A DNA stretch of 64,000 nt, taken from NCBI GenBank assembly GCA_051884915.1, contig JBJEWF010000020.1, positions 13,155-77,154 on the forward strand. The letters run 5' to 3'. Numbering within the stretch: position 1 is the stretch's first letter; every line of letters begins with the position of its first letter. A model generated the notes under the pieces. It was not told the DNA's origin, searched no databases, and saw nothing but the letters and a program-made list of their open reading frames with translations. Positions 18,558 to 27,993 of this stretch are shown in pieces. Position numbers and translations under genes: made by a program. The DNA comes from Kiritimatiellia bacterium (GTDB lineage Bacteria > Verrucomicrobiota > Kiritimatiellia > RFP12 > UBA1067).

Positions 18558-19211
18558 TTACTTCTTGGCTTCCTCTTCCTTGCCCTTCTTGATCACGTCG
18601 GGCGCCTTCTCCTTGTCGGCGGCCGCCGCGCCGGCCGCCGCCGTATCGGCGCCGTCCGGCGCCTTGACGACCGCAACCGCGAGTTCGCCGCGGGAGATGA
18701 CCGAGAACTTCTCGCCAAGCTGGAGATCCTTCACGAAAATCGTCTGGTCCAGACCGAGCTTGGAAACGTCGATGTCGAACTTCTCGACGATGTCCTCGGG
18801 AAGACATTCGACGACGACGTTGCGGAGCACCTGCTCAAGGACGCCGCCGCCGAGTTTCACGCCGACGGCTTCGCCCACGAGCCGCATCGGCACCGTGATG
18901 CGCACCTTCTGCGACAGCGAGACTTCGCTGAAGTCCACGTGAATGGGCGTGCCCGCGAGCACGTCGTTCTGCATCTCGCGCAGCAGCGCCGGCATCTCGG
19001 AACCGTTCATGTCCAGCGTGACGAGGAGCTGCTTGCCGCTCCGCCCACGCATTGCCATCATGAACTCGTGCGCATCGAACTTGATGAGTTTCGTGCCGCT
19101 CCCGTCCATGCTCATCACCGACGCCGGAACGAATCCTGCGCGGCGAAGGCGGCGAACCGCGCCCGTACCCTGTTCGGTACGGACCTCCGCCTTGATCTTG
19201 ATCTGGTCCAT
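18558..19211 (-). CDS. rplY: 50S ribosomal protein L25 / Ctc
   Basis: RRLRRAGFVPA, HVDF, GEAVGVKLGG. Confidence 0.95.
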   Translation of the reverse strand: MDQIKIKAEVRTEQGTGAVRRLRRAGFVPASVMSMDGSGTKLIKFDAHEFMMAMRGRSGKQLLVTLDMNGSEMPALLREMQNDVLAGTPIHVDFSEVSLSQKVRITVPMRLVGEAVGVKLGGGVLEQVLRNVVVECLPEDIVEKFDIDVSKLGLDQTIFVKDLQLGEKFSVISRGELAVAVVKAPDGADTAAAGAAAADKEKAPDVIKKGKEEEAKK

Positions 19212-19275
19212 TTTTTCCTTCTCTCTAATGGCCTACTCTCGCGCCGAAAGGCACTACACTCGGCCGTAAATCTTC

Positions 19276-20247
19276 CTACTCGTGGTTGAAGAGGTCGTTC
19301 ACGCTCGCATTGTTGTGGATGCGCTTGATCGCCTCGCCAATCAGCGGCGCCACGCTGAGCACCGTCAGCTTGAAGGGCAGTTTCGACGGGTCGAAACCCT
19401 CGCGGAGCTGGATCGAATCCGTCACCACGAGTTCGTCCAGTTGCGTCTCGCCCATCAGCCGCTCGACGCCCTTCGCCGTCAACGGGAAGTGGCTCACGAA
19501 CGCATGCACGCTCCGCGCCCCGTTGTCGCGGCACATTTTCGCCGCCGCGCTCAACGTGCCGCCCGTCGCCGTCATGTCGTCGATCATGATGACGTCGCAG
19601 CCCGCCACGTCGCCCACTACGCTGAACGCATCCACCGTGGAATCGCCCGTGCGCTGCTTCGCGACGATCGCAAGCCCCGTTCCGAGCTTGCGGCTGTAGC
19701 CGTAAGCCGTCTTCGCCCCGCCCGTGTCCGGCGAAACGACAATCGGCTTCGGCAGATGCATGTCGCGGATGTACCGGAGAATGACCGGCTCGGCGTGCAG
19801 GTGGTCCAGCGGGATGTCGAAGAATCCCTGGATCTGGTTGGCGTGCAGATCCATTGTCAACACGCGGTCCGCGCCCGCCTTCGTCAGCAGATTCGCGATC
19901 AGCTTCGCCGTGATCGGCACCCGCGGCTGGTCCTTGCGGTCCTGGCGCGCGTAGCCGTAGTACGGAATCACCGCCGTGATGCGCGCCGCGCTGCCGCGGC
20001 GGAGCGCGTCCATCATGATGAAGAGGTCCATGTAGGCGCCGTTCGGCTGCGGGCTTCCGCTCTGGATGACGAACACGTCCTTTCCGCGCACGCCCTCCTG
20101 GACCTGGCAAAACGACTCGCCGTCAGGGAAGTGGCGAATGTCAATCTTGCTCAACGGCCGGCCCAGATAGGCCGCCACCTTTTCCGCCAACGGCAAATTC
20201 GCCATTCCGGAAAAGACCATGAAATCGTTCTTCATTTCGTCCGCCAT
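19276..20247 (-). CDS. prs: ribose-phosphate pyrophosphokinase
   Basis: FPDGE, PYYGYARQDRK, DLHANQIQGFF, VSPDTGG, IDDMTATGGT. Confidence 0.97.
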   Translation of the reverse strand: MADEMKNDFMVFSGMANLPLAEKVAAYLGRPLSKIDIRHFPDGESFCQVQEGVRGKDVFVIQSGSPQPNGAYMDLFIMMDALRRGSAARITAVIPYYGYARQDRKDQPRVPITAKLIANLLTKAGADRVLTMDLHANQIQGFFDIPLDHLHAEPVILRYIRDMHLPKPIVVSPDTGGAKTAYGYSRKLGTGLAIVAKQRTGDSTVDAFSVVGDVAGCDVIMIDDMTATGGTLSAAAKMCRDNGARSVHAFVSHFPLTAKGVERLMGETQLDELVVTDSIQLREGFDPSKLPFKLTVLSVAPLIGEAIKRIHNNASVNDLFNHE

Positions 20248-20310
20248 CGCTTAACTCCGCATCAAAAAAATCACCAGTCCGGCCGCCCACTCCGGCGACA
20301 CGAAATCAGA

Positions 20311-20322
20311 ATTATAGCAAAA
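20311..20322 (-). promoter_or_regulatory. extended -10 promoter element upstream of prs
   Basis: TTTTGCTATAAT (TGnTATAAT); the identical 12-mer occurs at 35096-35107. Confidence 0.65.
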
Positions 20323-20328
20323 CTGCGG

Positions 20329-22392
20329 CTAGAAAGATAGGGGTTGGCGGGAAAACGAAAAGTTTTTGAAAATTATCTCGTCCGCCGGCGTATCGCCCGT
20401 CAGCGCAAGGGCCGCCAGCTCCGTCACGGCCAAATCGAAATCGACCGTAAAATCCACCTCGAAATGCCGCCACGCGCCGTCCGACGGCACGGGAAGCTTC
20501 CGCGCGAAGCTCTTTTCGTTGGACAGGAACTTCGCCGTGAGGGTCAACGGCTTCTCGCTCGTCGCCTTCACGTCGAAGGCCAGGCGGTAGGTTCCGTTGC
20601 CCTGCCGCAGGAAGCGATCCGTCACCACGGCCTGGATGCCCGCCCCCCGCTCGCACTGGACAAGCCGGTAGAGCCGCGCGCCGTTTTCCCGTCCCGTCGC
20701 CTCGAATTTGACCAGCCAGGACGGAACCCGCTGCCAAATGCTCTTGACCGCCGTCGCGTCCACCAGCAGATTCGCCCCCGCCGCCTCGGCCGGCAGCCGC
20801 CGCTCGCCCCCTTCCCCGTCGATCGTCCGCACGTCCCGCAGCAGGAAATGCCCGACGGAACGCTTGTACGGACACGTCCAGCCGACGACGACCCGGTTGG
20901 GGGCCGTCGGCACGCCGCCCCCGTCCGCCGTCGTGGCGTAGGAGACCCTGACCGTCTGGGGATTGTTGAACGCCGAAGCCGGAAACTCGGCCCGGACCCC
21001 GCCGACCCAGAGATTGGTGAACGTCAGGGCGTAGTTGTCCGTCACCAGCCATTTCTTGGGATCGTTGCGCGTGTCGATGGCCACGCCGTCCGTCTTGCCG
21101 ATCGCGCGCCAATCGCTCTTTCCCGTCGAGGGCGGAATCGACACCCCCTCGAAACCGAACGTCTTCGGCCGCGTTCCCATGTTGCGCCCGCTGAAGAAAT
21201 GCGAAAACAGCGTGCAGTCCACCGCCGACAGGTTCCGGAAGAAGAACTCGTGCGACAGATGGTTGAGATCCTGCGGCCCCGGCTCCTTCCGCGCCATCTG
21301 GGTCGTCGTCTCGCGCCACTTCGTGTTCCGGCGCAGAACCGCATTGTACCAGTTGTTGATCAAGCCGTCGTCGGCGCGGAAGACGTCGACGTTCTCCATC
21401 ACGATACCCGCGTTGTTTCCCTGCGGGAAGATGGCCGCGCACGACGTTCCCAGGACAATGTCCCTGAACGTCGCCCCCTTCGCGCCGGACACCACGAGCG
21501 CGTTGTCGCCCACGTAGATCCAGGCGTTTTCCGCGCGGAACCCGCTCCCGCCCATCGTAAAGCCGTCCGAACACATCATCGAGGCCAGCAGTTTGACGTT
21601 CCGCAGCGTCACGTCGTTCGCCCAGCTGCAGATGTTGAACGTCCGCGCATCGACGAGCTTGATGCCGTCGACCGTCGTCCCCGCCCCGCTGATGCGGACC
21701 AGTCCGCGCGCCGTGTTCTTCGTCTGGTCGAACCGGAACACGTCGCTCATCGGGTCGAGCACCATGCCGCGCCCGTGGACGAACATCTTCGGCCGCCGCA
21801 GCAGCAGCCGGGCGTTGAGCACGCTGCCCGGCGCCAGATAGATTTCCGAGACGTCCGCGCCCGGCTCCAGAACGCCGTCCTCCCGCGTCGCGTCCAGCCA
21901 TCCGTCCACGTACAGGCATCCCGGCTTGTCCCGGGCCGGCACCACGGCCGGATCCTCGGGCCGGTCGGCAAACACGCTCAGAATCGTCTTGTCGTAGTCG
22001 TTCAGCTGGAGTCCCCAGTAGCACGGCCGGTCGAGCCACACGCTGATCACGCCGTCCTTGAACGCGGTCTTGAGGTTCAGGCGCGCCGGGAACACCTTGT
22101 AGCACGCCACGTCCTCGGCGACGCGGACGTCGACGCGCACGGGTTCGCCGTCAAACGCGAATTCGCAGAACCGGCGGTTCACGTCGCCACCGCGCGTCCG
22201 CCCGTTGAGAATCGACTGCTCCGTGTGGTTGTAGACCGGCAGCGCCGCCTTCTTCCCGCCCTGGACGACGCACACGCCATACGCGTAGTCGCGCGCAATC
22301 TGCGCGGGATATTCGGGATAGACGACCAGATCGGCCATTCCCGCGAGAACCCCGGCCAGCCCCAGCAGAACAAAACGTCCCTTCATTTCCAT
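20329..22392 (-). CDS. secreted parallel beta-helix carbohydrate-active enzyme (GH28/GH49-like) with C-terminal CBM-like domain
   Basis: Start MEMKGRFVLLGLAGVLAG; IYLAPG..HGRG, CSDGF..GDNAL beta-helix pattern; YRLAFDVKA..W..F C-terminal beta sandwich. Confidence 0.65.
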   Translation of the reverse strand: MEMKGRFVLLGLAGVLAGMADLVVYPEYPAQIARDYAYGVCVVQGGKKAALPVYNHTEQSILNGRTRGGDVNRRFCEFAFDGEPVRVDVRVAEDVACYKVFPARLNLKTAFKDGVISVWLDRPCYWGLQLNDYDKTILSVFADRPEDPAVVPARDKPGCLYVDGWLDATREDGVLEPGADVSEIYLAPGSVLNARLLLRRPKMFVHGRGMVLDPMSDVFRFDQTKNTARGLVRISGAGTTVDGIKLVDARTFNICSWANDVTLRNVKLLASMMCSDGFTMGGSGFRAENAWIYVGDNALVVSGAKGATFRDIVLGTSCAAIFPQGNNAGIVMENVDVFRADDGLINNWYNAVLRRNTKWRETTTQMARKEPGPQDLNHLSHEFFFRNLSAVDCTLFSHFFSGRNMGTRPKTFGFEGVSIPPSTGKSDWRAIGKTDGVAIDTRNDPKKWLVTDNYALTFTNLWVGGVRAEFPASAFNNPQTVRVSYATTADGGGVPTAPNRVVVGWTCPYKRSVGHFLLRDVRTIDGEGGERRLPAEAAGANLLVDATAVKSIWQRVPSWLVKFEATGRENGARLYRLVQCERGAGIQAVVTDRFLRQGNGTYRLAFDVKATSEKPLTLTAKFLSNEKSFARKLPVPSDGAWRHFEVDFTVDFDLAVTELAALALTGDTPADEIIFKNFSFSRQPLSF

Positions 22393-22406
22393 CGCCCCCC
22401 CATTCC

Positions 22407-23603
22407 TCACGCGCGAACCGCGTCCGGCCCCTGTCCGTCCGCCCGGACGGACGCGCGGCCATCGGACCGTCCGGTCCGCGACGCATCCCTTTTGACCATG
22501 CAGCTGGCCGCGTCGGCCTCGATGCCGTGGCAGGCGCCGATGCAGACGCCATAGTTCGTGATCGGCACGCCGGCCGCCCGGCAGCGGGCGATCCGCGCCT
22601 GGACGGCGCGCCGCGTCAGCATGCACCCCCCGCAATGCACAACCAGCGCATACGGCGACAGATCCTCGGGGAACGAATTTCCCGAACTCCACTCGAACGC
22701 CAGCGACTTCCCCGTCTTCTCCCGGATCCACTTCGGCAGCTTGACCGTCCCGATGTCGGTGCACTGGCGGTGGTGCGTGCAGCCCTCGCTGATCAGCACC
22801 CGGTCGCCGTCCTTCAGGCCGGCCAGGGCGGCAACGCCGGCACAGTAGGCCGCGAGATCGCCTTTGGCGCGCGCGAAGACAAGCGAGAAACTCGTCAGCG
22901 GAACGTCCGCCGGCACGACCCGGGAGACCAGGCCGAACGCCTGGCTGTCCGTGATCACGAACTTGACGTTCCGCGGACCGAGCCTTTCGAGCGTCGCCGC
23001 GAGTTCCGTCTCCCGGCAGACGACCGCCACCGCGCCTCCGTCCAGAATCTCCCGCACCACCTGCTGCTGGGGGAGAATCAGGCGGCCCTTGGGCGCCGCC
23101 GAATCGATCGGGCACACGCAGACGACCAGGTCGCTGGGCGCCACGAGATCGGACACGAGCGGCGGCTGGGGATCGCCCGGCGCCAGCGCGGCGATTTTCC
23201 GCTTCAGCGCCTCGACGTCGTCCCCGCGCACATGGACGAGATGGGGCACGTTTCGCCGCGCGCAATCCGCAATCAGCTTTTCCTCAAGAGGGCCGAGGAC
23301 ATCGGCCGTCACGATGATGGCGACGTCCGTCTTCTCCAGAACTTCCAGCGACTTCCGCACGCGAAGCCGGCCGAGTTCGCCCTCATCGTCCAGCCCCGCC
23401 GTGTCCGTCAGCAGACACGGACCCAGCGGCAGAATCTCCATCGCCTTCGACACGGGATCCGTCGTCGTGCCGGCGACGTCGCTGACAATCGCGACCTGCT
23501 GGCCCGTCAATGCGTTGATGAGCGTGGACTTGCCCGCGTTGCGCCTGCCGAAAAAGGCCAGATGGACGCGATTTCCACCCGGCGTTTCATTCAAACCCGC
23601 CAT
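22407..23603 (-). CDS. hydF: [FeFe]-hydrogenase H-cluster maturation GTPase
   Basis: GRRNAGKS, GTTTDPV, DTAG, PKGRLILPQQQ, ITDSQ, EGCTHH...HCGGC, TNYG. Confidence 0.96.
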   Translation of the reverse strand: MAGLNETPGGNRVHLAFFGRRNAGKSTLINALTGQQVAIVSDVAGTTTDPVSKAMEILPLGPCLLTDTAGLDDEGELGRLRVRKSLEVLEKTDVAIIVTADVLGPLEEKLIADCARRNVPHLVHVRGDDVEALKRKIAALAPGDPQPPLVSDLVAPSDLVVCVCPIDSAAPKGRLILPQQQVVREILDGGAVAVVCRETELAATLERLGPRNVKFVITDSQAFGLVSRVVPADVPLTSFSLVFARAKGDLAAYCAGVAALAGLKDGDRVLISEGCTHHRQCTDIGTVKLPKWIREKTGKSLAFEWSSGNSFPEDLSPYALVVHCGGCMLTRRAVQARIARCRAAGVPITNYGVCIGACHGIEADAASCMVKRDASRTGRSDGRASVRADGQGPDAVRA

Positions 23604-23620
23604 CGTTCATCCCCAATGCG

Positions 23621-23640
23621 GACGGGGCGGCCGCCCCGTC
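23621..23640. repeat. perfect 20-bp palindrome right after the LRR gene stop
   Basis: gacggggcgg/ccgccccgtc. Confidence 0.7.
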
Positions 23641-25127
23641 TATCGTTCCGAAACCTTGTTCCACTTGCCGCGCGCCTGCAGCGCGGCTTGCAGCGCCGCC
23701 ACGTCTTCCGCCGGGAAAACGCCCTTGCGCACGTGCACGCTCTTCAGTTTCGGACAGCTCTGGAGCGCGGCCAGCGAAGTCGGCCCGGTCGTGTCGAGCA
23801 TCGTGAGCGACTCAAGGGACGGATGCCCGGCCAGCGCCTCGAAATTGGCGATCTGCACCACGTCGCGGGAGGTTCCGGAAATGTTCAGGCTCGTCAAGGA
23901 CGGCATGTGCCGCACGAAGGACAGGTCGAGCGGCAGTTTGCTGCCCGACAGGTCCAAGGTCCTGACCTTCGGCAGATTGGCCAACACGGCGGTCGACGAA
24001 TACCGGCTGCCCGGAAGTTCAAGCTTCTCCAGATTGGCCGCATTCGCGAGGAAGGACAAGTCGCCCAGGTCGGTCGACAGGTTGTCGCCCTTCATGTTCC
24101 AGCCGCGGAAATACCTGAGATTCGGCAGCGCGGCAATCGGCGTCAAGTCCGGAATCTTCTCCGCGAAGATCTTCAGCTCTTCCGCCTGCGGCACGTTGCG
24201 GCACCAGGCCAGCGACGTCATTTTCGTCAAGCCGCCATGGAAATTCCGCACTTGCTTCAGAGTTCCCAGCGACTCGTAGCCTTCAGGCGACAGCTTGGCC
24301 GCATAGAACCCGACCGTCTCCAGTCTCGGCGCCGCCGCAAGCGGCGCAAACGAAACCAGCTCGGCTCCGTAGGCGTCAAGTTCCTTCAAGGCCGGCAGCG
24401 TGGCCACGGGCGCCAGATCGGCCACCTGGCAATAGCGGATCTCCAGCTTGACGACTTTGGGCAAACCGGCAATCGGCGTCAAATCCAGTCCGTCGAGATG
24501 GACCAGGGCCACGTTCTCCGCCGAACGGAGCAGCGCCAGCGGCGCAATCGACGAAACGGATCCCTTGCTGCCGTCCAGCGACAGCCGGACCGCCTGCGGA
24601 AACCGGGCGACCGCCGCCGCGACCGTCTCGTTGTCGACCGTCCCCTTGAAAGCCAGCGACAGCCGCGTCGACGGTCGGATCTGAGGCGCAACGGCCGCAA
24701 TCTGCTCGGGCGTCGCCGGCTTCTCGAACGTCAGCGTCCCGTATTTGAACGTGGGAGCCGCCGTCTCCGCCGCCGCCGTCCGGGCATTGGCAAAAGCCGC
24801 CGCATCGACGGCGGGCGCCGCGACAGACGCCGCCGGACTCGGCGCCGCGGCCGCAACCGGCTGCTGAACCTGCTGGACAACCGGCTGCTGGACGACCGGC
24901 TGCTGCACGATGGGCTGCTGCACGACCGGCTGCTGGACATAGACCGGCTGCTGCACGACCGGCTGCTGCACGACAATCGTCTGGGGCGGAGGAGGGGGAG
25001 GAGGCGGCGGCGCAACGATGTTCTCGACCGTCTGATTGACCAACTGGCGGAAGAAACCGCCCTTCGCATAACTCGCCTGGGCGGCACAGACGGCCGCCGT
25101 CGCCAGCATCACGGTTTTAAGCTTCAT
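23640..25127 (-). CDS. secreted leucine-rich-repeat protein (internalin-like LRRs)
   Basis: Signal peptide MKLKTVMLATAAVCAAQASYA; poly-Pro and QQPVV repeats; repeated DLxPIAxLPxLxxL units. Confidence 0.85.
   Translation of the reverse strand: MKLKTVMLATAAVCAAQASYAKGGFFRQLVNQTVENIVAPPPPPPPPPQTIVVQQPVVQQPVYVQQPVVQQPIVQQPVVQQPVVQQVQQPVAAAAPSPAASVAAPAVDAAAFANARTAAAETAAPTFKYGTLTFEKPATPEQIAAVAPQIRPSTRLSLAFKGTVDNETVAAAVARFPQAVRLSLDGSKGSVSSIAPLALLRSAENVALVHLDGLDLTPIAGLPKVVKLEIRYCQVADLAPVATLPALKELDAYGAELVSFAPLAAAPRLETVGFYAAKLSPEGYESLGTLKQVRNFHGGLTKMTSLAWCRNVPQAEELKIFAEKIPDLTPIAALPNLRYFRGWNMKGDNLSTDLGDLSFLANAANLEKLELPGSRYSSTAVLANLPKVRTLDLSGSKLPLDLSFVRHMPSLTSLNISGTSRDVVQIANFEALAGHPSLESLTMLDTTGPTSLAALQSCPKLKSVHVRKGVFPAEDVAALQAALQARGKWNKVSER
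24855..24975 (-). repeat. intragenic ~15-bp tandem repeat encoding (QQPVV)n
   Basis: Units such as ggctgctgcacgacc on the + strand; 7 QQP units in the translation. Confidence 0.85.
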
Positions 25128-25370
25128 GATCGACTTTCCTCTTTCCTGGATTGCGGTTTCGCGCGTCAAGCATACCACCAAACCCGTCTTCCCGCAAGTG
25201 CCAAATCGATCCGGCAAAGCGGGAATCGTCCCACCCCGCCGCCCGGCTCGACCGGACGGGGGACGTCTCGCGACCAGACGGGGCGGCGCAGGCGAGGCCG
25301 ACATCTCCCCCGCAGGGCCGCGCGGCGAGCCGGCCGGAAGGGAACCGAAGGGCGGACCGGCCGGCAAAGG

Positions 25371-26006
25371 CTATCTGGACTCGATGGCCCGCAGCATGTA
25401 GGGCCAATAGACCTTCGTGTAGACGAAACACGAATAGACGTTCAGCGCAATCAGAAAGGCCTCCGCCAGATAGACCAGAACGAGAAAGGCGCAGGCAAGT
25501 CCTTCCGGCAGGCAACCGTGAAACGCGAGGTACGCGTAAATCAGGCCGGCGGCCGGGAACGACAGCGCCGTGCGGACCTTGCCCAACCACATGGCGCTCA
25601 CGTCGGCCTGATACGTCGAGGCGATGGCGCGCAGGAACGTCACCCACTGGTCGCGCAAAATGTAGAGCACCGTAAACCCCAGCATGACGATCATGTGCGC
25701 CGCGCTCTCGTGCTGCATTCCGATCAGCCACAGCAGCGTCGGAAACGTGACGATGAAGAACACCTTGTCCATCAGCGGATCGGCCAATTTGCCGAATGTC
25801 GAGACGACTTTCCACCGACGCGCCAGATGTCCGTCGAACAGATCCGAAATGCCCGCGAGAAACATCAGCAGTCCCGCCACCCAGCAGAGGATGAAACTCT
25901 CCGCCAGTTGCGCCCAGACGGCAAACACCATGAACCCGAAGATCAGCGGCACCCGCGAGAACGTGAGCCCGTTGACGAACAGCGCATGGAACCGCCTTTC
26001 GCTCAT
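25371..26006 (-). CDS. pgsA: CDP-alcohol phosphatidyltransferase (PgsA-like)
   Basis: SDLFDGHLAR...FGKLADPLMDK signature. Confidence 0.85.
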   Translation of the reverse strand: MSERRFHALFVNGLTFSRVPLIFGFMVFAVWAQLAESFILCWVAGLLMFLAGISDLFDGHLARRWKVVSTFGKLADPLMDKVFFIVTFPTLLWLIGMQHESAAHMIVMLGFTVLYILRDQWVTFLRAIASTYQADVSAMWLGKVRTALSFPAAGLIYAYLAFHGCLPEGLACAFLVLVYLAEAFLIALNVYSCFVYTKVYWPYMLRAIESR

Positions 26007-26569
26007 TCGGCCGCAGGCCCGCTTTCTTCCGCCATCATGTCGCCGGCGTCCAGGGCGTCCTCCGCCGCCGCGCCCAGAGCGAGGTCGGCGCTCATGCGCC
26101 CGAGAATCTCATCGGCCCGCGCCTGGACGGCCGCCCGTTCGGCCGAGATGCCCTTCAGCTCGTCCAACCCCGCCAGCGCCGTTTCGAGCATGCTCTGCAG
26201 CGCATCGCGCTTGAGCGTCATCGCGCGAAGCCGCTCCGCCAGGTCGGCCGCATGCTGCTCGACCTTCTGGAGATTGCGGCGCGTCGCAAACAGCTGCTTG
26301 AGGATCTCGCCCGGATCCTGGTCCAGATCCTCGATCTGCATGCCCGCGGGAATCGGCACCAGCACCGACTCGCCGCAATTCACGCAATCGATCTGCAGCC
26401 CGGCGCCCCGATAGTCAATCGCCAGATTGTGACCGCAATGCGGGCAGTCAAAGACTATGTCCGTATCGCGGATCTCGGTCGCCGCCTCCACGTCGTCCGC
26501 AGAGGCCGCCTCCCCCGAGACGTCCGCGGCGGAAATCTCTTCGGCAGTCTTCACTTCGTCTTCGGCCAT
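26003..26569 (-). CDS. zinc-ribbon / coiled-coil hypothetical protein
   Basis: ATG at 26569 with GGAGG; acidic N-terminus, FDCPHCG...IDCVNCG, then heptad-rich helix. Confidence 0.7.
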   Translation of the reverse strand: MAEDEVKTAEEISAADVSGEAASADDVEAATEIRDTDIVFDCPHCGHNLAIDYRGAGLQIDCVNCGESVLVPIPAGMQIEDLDQDPGEILKQLFATRRNLQKVEQHAADLAERLRAMTLKRDALQSMLETALAGLDELKGISAERAAVQARADEILGRMSADLALGAAAEDALDAGDMMAEESGPAAE

Positions 26570-26610
26570 GGTTTCACCTCCCATTCCGGCAATTGACCCG
26601 TCGTCGCCCG

Positions 26611-27978
26611 TCAGGCTTTCGCCGCCGGACGCGGCGGAACCTTGAACTCGTCCTTCTTGAAATAGTACGTCTGGTGCGAATCCGCGGACGCATTCGCGGC
26701 CAGCACCGCCACGGCGCTCTCGTAGGCGAGATCGGCCGGGCAATTCAACGGCGTCCCGTGGCGGCAGGCCGCGAAGAAGTTCTCCAAGTGCGGCATGTGG
26801 GCCGGCTTGTTCATCGTGACGGCGATCGGATTGCCATTCGCCTGCGCCGAAATGCGCGTGTCGACGGCAATGTCCTTCGTCACTTCCTGCTTGATCTTGT
26901 CGCCCTCGGCCGGCAGAATCCAGCCCTTGTCGATGAAGGCCTGCCACTGCTCGTCGGACAGTCCGCCCTTGCGCAGCTCGCGCTGCACGGTGTTGCCGCG
27001 CGCGGAGATCTCGGCAATCGTCAACGACGCGTCGACGCCCATGAACTGCTCGTAGAAGCCCCCGCGGGCATTCGACGAAATCACCTGGTAGTAGGCCTCG
27101 TTCTTCGTGCCGTCCGGCATCTGGAACTCGTACAGGCACATCACGCGGTCGTAGGCCATGCGCGGCGGATTGAACGCGTCCTTGCCGCCAATGGCCGTGA
27201 CCGAACTCGGCGGCACGCCCCAGGCCCAGATGAACAGGTCGATCTGGTGCGAGCCCAGATCCACCATCGAACCGCCGCCGTACTTGTAGAACCAGCGCCA
27301 ATTGAGGAACTGTTCCGCGTTCTCGTACCCGTACTTCGTAAGGACCTCCTGCTTCGGCGGACGCTTCACCGCGAAGAACGGCGCCAGCGTGCGGTTCCAC
27401 TGCGCGTAGGCCGTCGTCACGCGGCCGAGCATGTTGGGCACGATCTTCTCGAAACAGTGGCGATAACGCGGGTTCGACCGGCGCTGATGGCCGATCTGGA
27501 GCAGTTTCCCCGTCTCGTGCTGCACGCGGCACATCTCGGCCGCCTGCTCGATCCTGTTGGACATCTCCTTTTCGCAGTACACGTGCTTGCCCTTGCGCAG
27601 ACAGTAGCACGTATGCTCGCAGTGCATCCAATCCGGCGTCGCGATCACGACCGCGTCGATGTTCTTGTCCTCCTTGTCGAGCATCTCGCGATAGTCCTCG
27701 TACGTCGTCACCGCGTGCCCGTAGGACTTGAAGAACTGCTTGGCCTGCTGCTGCTGGAACTTCCAGATGTCGCACACGCAGCGCACGCGAACGCCGGGGA
27801 TGCGCACCAGCGAGGCGGAGAGCACCCTGCCCTCGGCGCCGAACCCGATCAGCGCGACGTTGATCTGGTCGTCCTTCGGGCCGATCGTCGCATCCTCCGC
27901 GTGCAGGATGTTGAAGCTCGGCAGGAACGCGGACGCCACGGCGGCGCCCTTCATGAAATTGCGGCGGTTCAGTTCCAT
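26611..27978 (-). CDS. Tat-exported Gfo/Idh/MocA family oxidoreductase
   Basis: NRRNFMK Tat motif; ALIGFGAEG, IATPDWMH, HVYCEK, QIGHQRRS, DLGSHQID. Confidence 0.92.
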   Translation of the reverse strand: MELNRRNFMKGAAVASAFLPSFNILHAEDATIGPKDDQINVALIGFGAEGRVLSASLVRIPGVRVRCVCDIWKFQQQQAKQFFKSYGHAVTTYEDYREMLDKEDKNIDAVVIATPDWMHCEHTCYCLRKGKHVYCEKEMSNRIEQAAEMCRVQHETGKLLQIGHQRRSNPRYRHCFEKIVPNMLGRVTTAYAQWNRTLAPFFAVKRPPKQEVLTKYGYENAEQFLNWRWFYKYGGGSMVDLGSHQIDLFIWAWGVPPSSVTAIGGKDAFNPPRMAYDRVMCLYEFQMPDGTKNEAYYQVISSNARGGFYEQFMGVDASLTIAEISARGNTVQRELRKGGLSDEQWQAFIDKGWILPAEGDKIKQEVTKDIAVDTRISAQANGNPIAVTMNKPAHMPHLENFFAACRHGTPLNCPADLAYESAVAVLAANASADSHQTYYFKKDEFKVPPRPAAKA

Positions 27979-27993
27979 CTGTCTGTCTCTCTC

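Noticed and set aside
20248-20328. Possible tRNA-Gln upstream of prs, a common arrangement
   Set aside because: No cloverleaf or T-arm GTTCGA motif; the region holds a promoter only.
20329-23265. N-terminal extensions in the ORF track (978-aa, 575-aa, 679-aa, 618-aa and 608-aa ORFs) suggesting fusions
   Set aside because: The extensions overlap other real genes in different frames; internal starts with RBS or signal peptides fit better.
24855-24975. Tandem repeats as a possible CRISPR array
   Set aside because: They are in-frame 15-bp coding repeats without spacers, and no cas genes are present.
25128-25370. GC-rich intergenic regions (also 31622-31707, 39310-39380, 56570-56692) as a possible REP family or riboswitch
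   Set aside because: Only short GC-rich matches between them, and no recognisable riboswitch consensus by eye. An Infernal/Rfam scan would be needed.
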